A stretch of 18,493 nucleotides of DNA, taken from positions 1 to 18,493 of the forward strand of contig JBGANF010000147.1 of assembly GCA_044222475.1 (NCBI GenBank). Reading direction: 5' to 3'. A model generated the notes under the pieces. The model was not told the origin of the DNA and ran no database searches. It was given only the letters and a program-made list of their open reading frames with translations. A program made the translations under genes and the position numbers. How positions within the stretch are numbered: position 1 is the stretch's first letter; each line of letters begins with the position of its first letter. This document shows, piece by piece, positions 18,290 to 18,493 of this stretch. The DNA is from Polyangiaceae bacterium. Its GTDB lineage: Bacteria > Myxococcota_A > Polyangia > Polyangiales > Polyangiaceae.

Positions 18290-18493
18290 TCAGTCGATCT
18301 CGACCTCGGCTGCGGCGAGCGCCGTCGCGTCATGTCCGGTCGCCGGTTGGGGAAGGGTGGTGCTCTTCGCGCGCCACCCGCGGTGGCGGACGGTGCCCTT
18401 CCAAGGGCCCTTGCCGCTGACGTTGCCGGTGAGCTTCGTCGCGTTGGCGTCGTAGCCGGCGTCGACCGTCACGACGGCGCCTTCGGCGTCGTC
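18290..18493 (-). CDS. DUF2760-family protein, C-terminal part (starts beyond the window)
   Basis: ...EGAVVTVDAGYDANATKLTGNVSGKGPWKGTVRHRGWRAKSTTLP...ALAAAEVEID matches the recalled DUF2760 C-terminal pattern (LTGNV.G..P..G.L.HRGW...APAEVE); the family normally precedes this type of Hsp70 pair. Confidence 0.8.
   Translation of the reverse strand, partial: DDAEGAVVTVDAGYDANATKLTGNVSGKGPWKGTVRHRGWRAKSTTLPQPATGHDATALAAAEVEID

Overview
Very GC-rich bacterial chromosomal window; gene content (eukaryote-like membrane Ser/Thr kinase, thioredoxin-TPR lipoprotein, CehA/McbA-type hydrolase) suggests a myxobacterium, probably Polyangiales (inference). Left to right: argB (partial) and argC on the minus strand; a sigma70-type promoter and an unlisted 59-aa ORF; an M20 peptidase coupled to a secreted PHP-like metallohydrolase; a HupE/UreJ protein; tRNA-Pro(GGG); a RimJ-type GNAT; a divergent pair of envelope hypotheticals, one a multi-pass membrane protein whose C-terminus resembles a phage baseplate-J C-terminal region; a sigma54-type promoter with an unlisted 38-aa acidic peptide overlapping a thioredoxin-TPR lipoprotein gene; and a minus-strand DUF2760 / Hsp70 / Hsp70-DUF3731 / TerB-like cluster interrupted by an opposite-strand Ser/Thr kinase. 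No mobile element, integrase or CRISPR array was seen. Top leads: the orphan membrane-anchored baseplate-J-like fusion, the non-canonical twin-Hsp70 module with embedded kinase, and the sigma54-linked acidic micro-protein. All family calls come from motif recognition by eye, not database searches.
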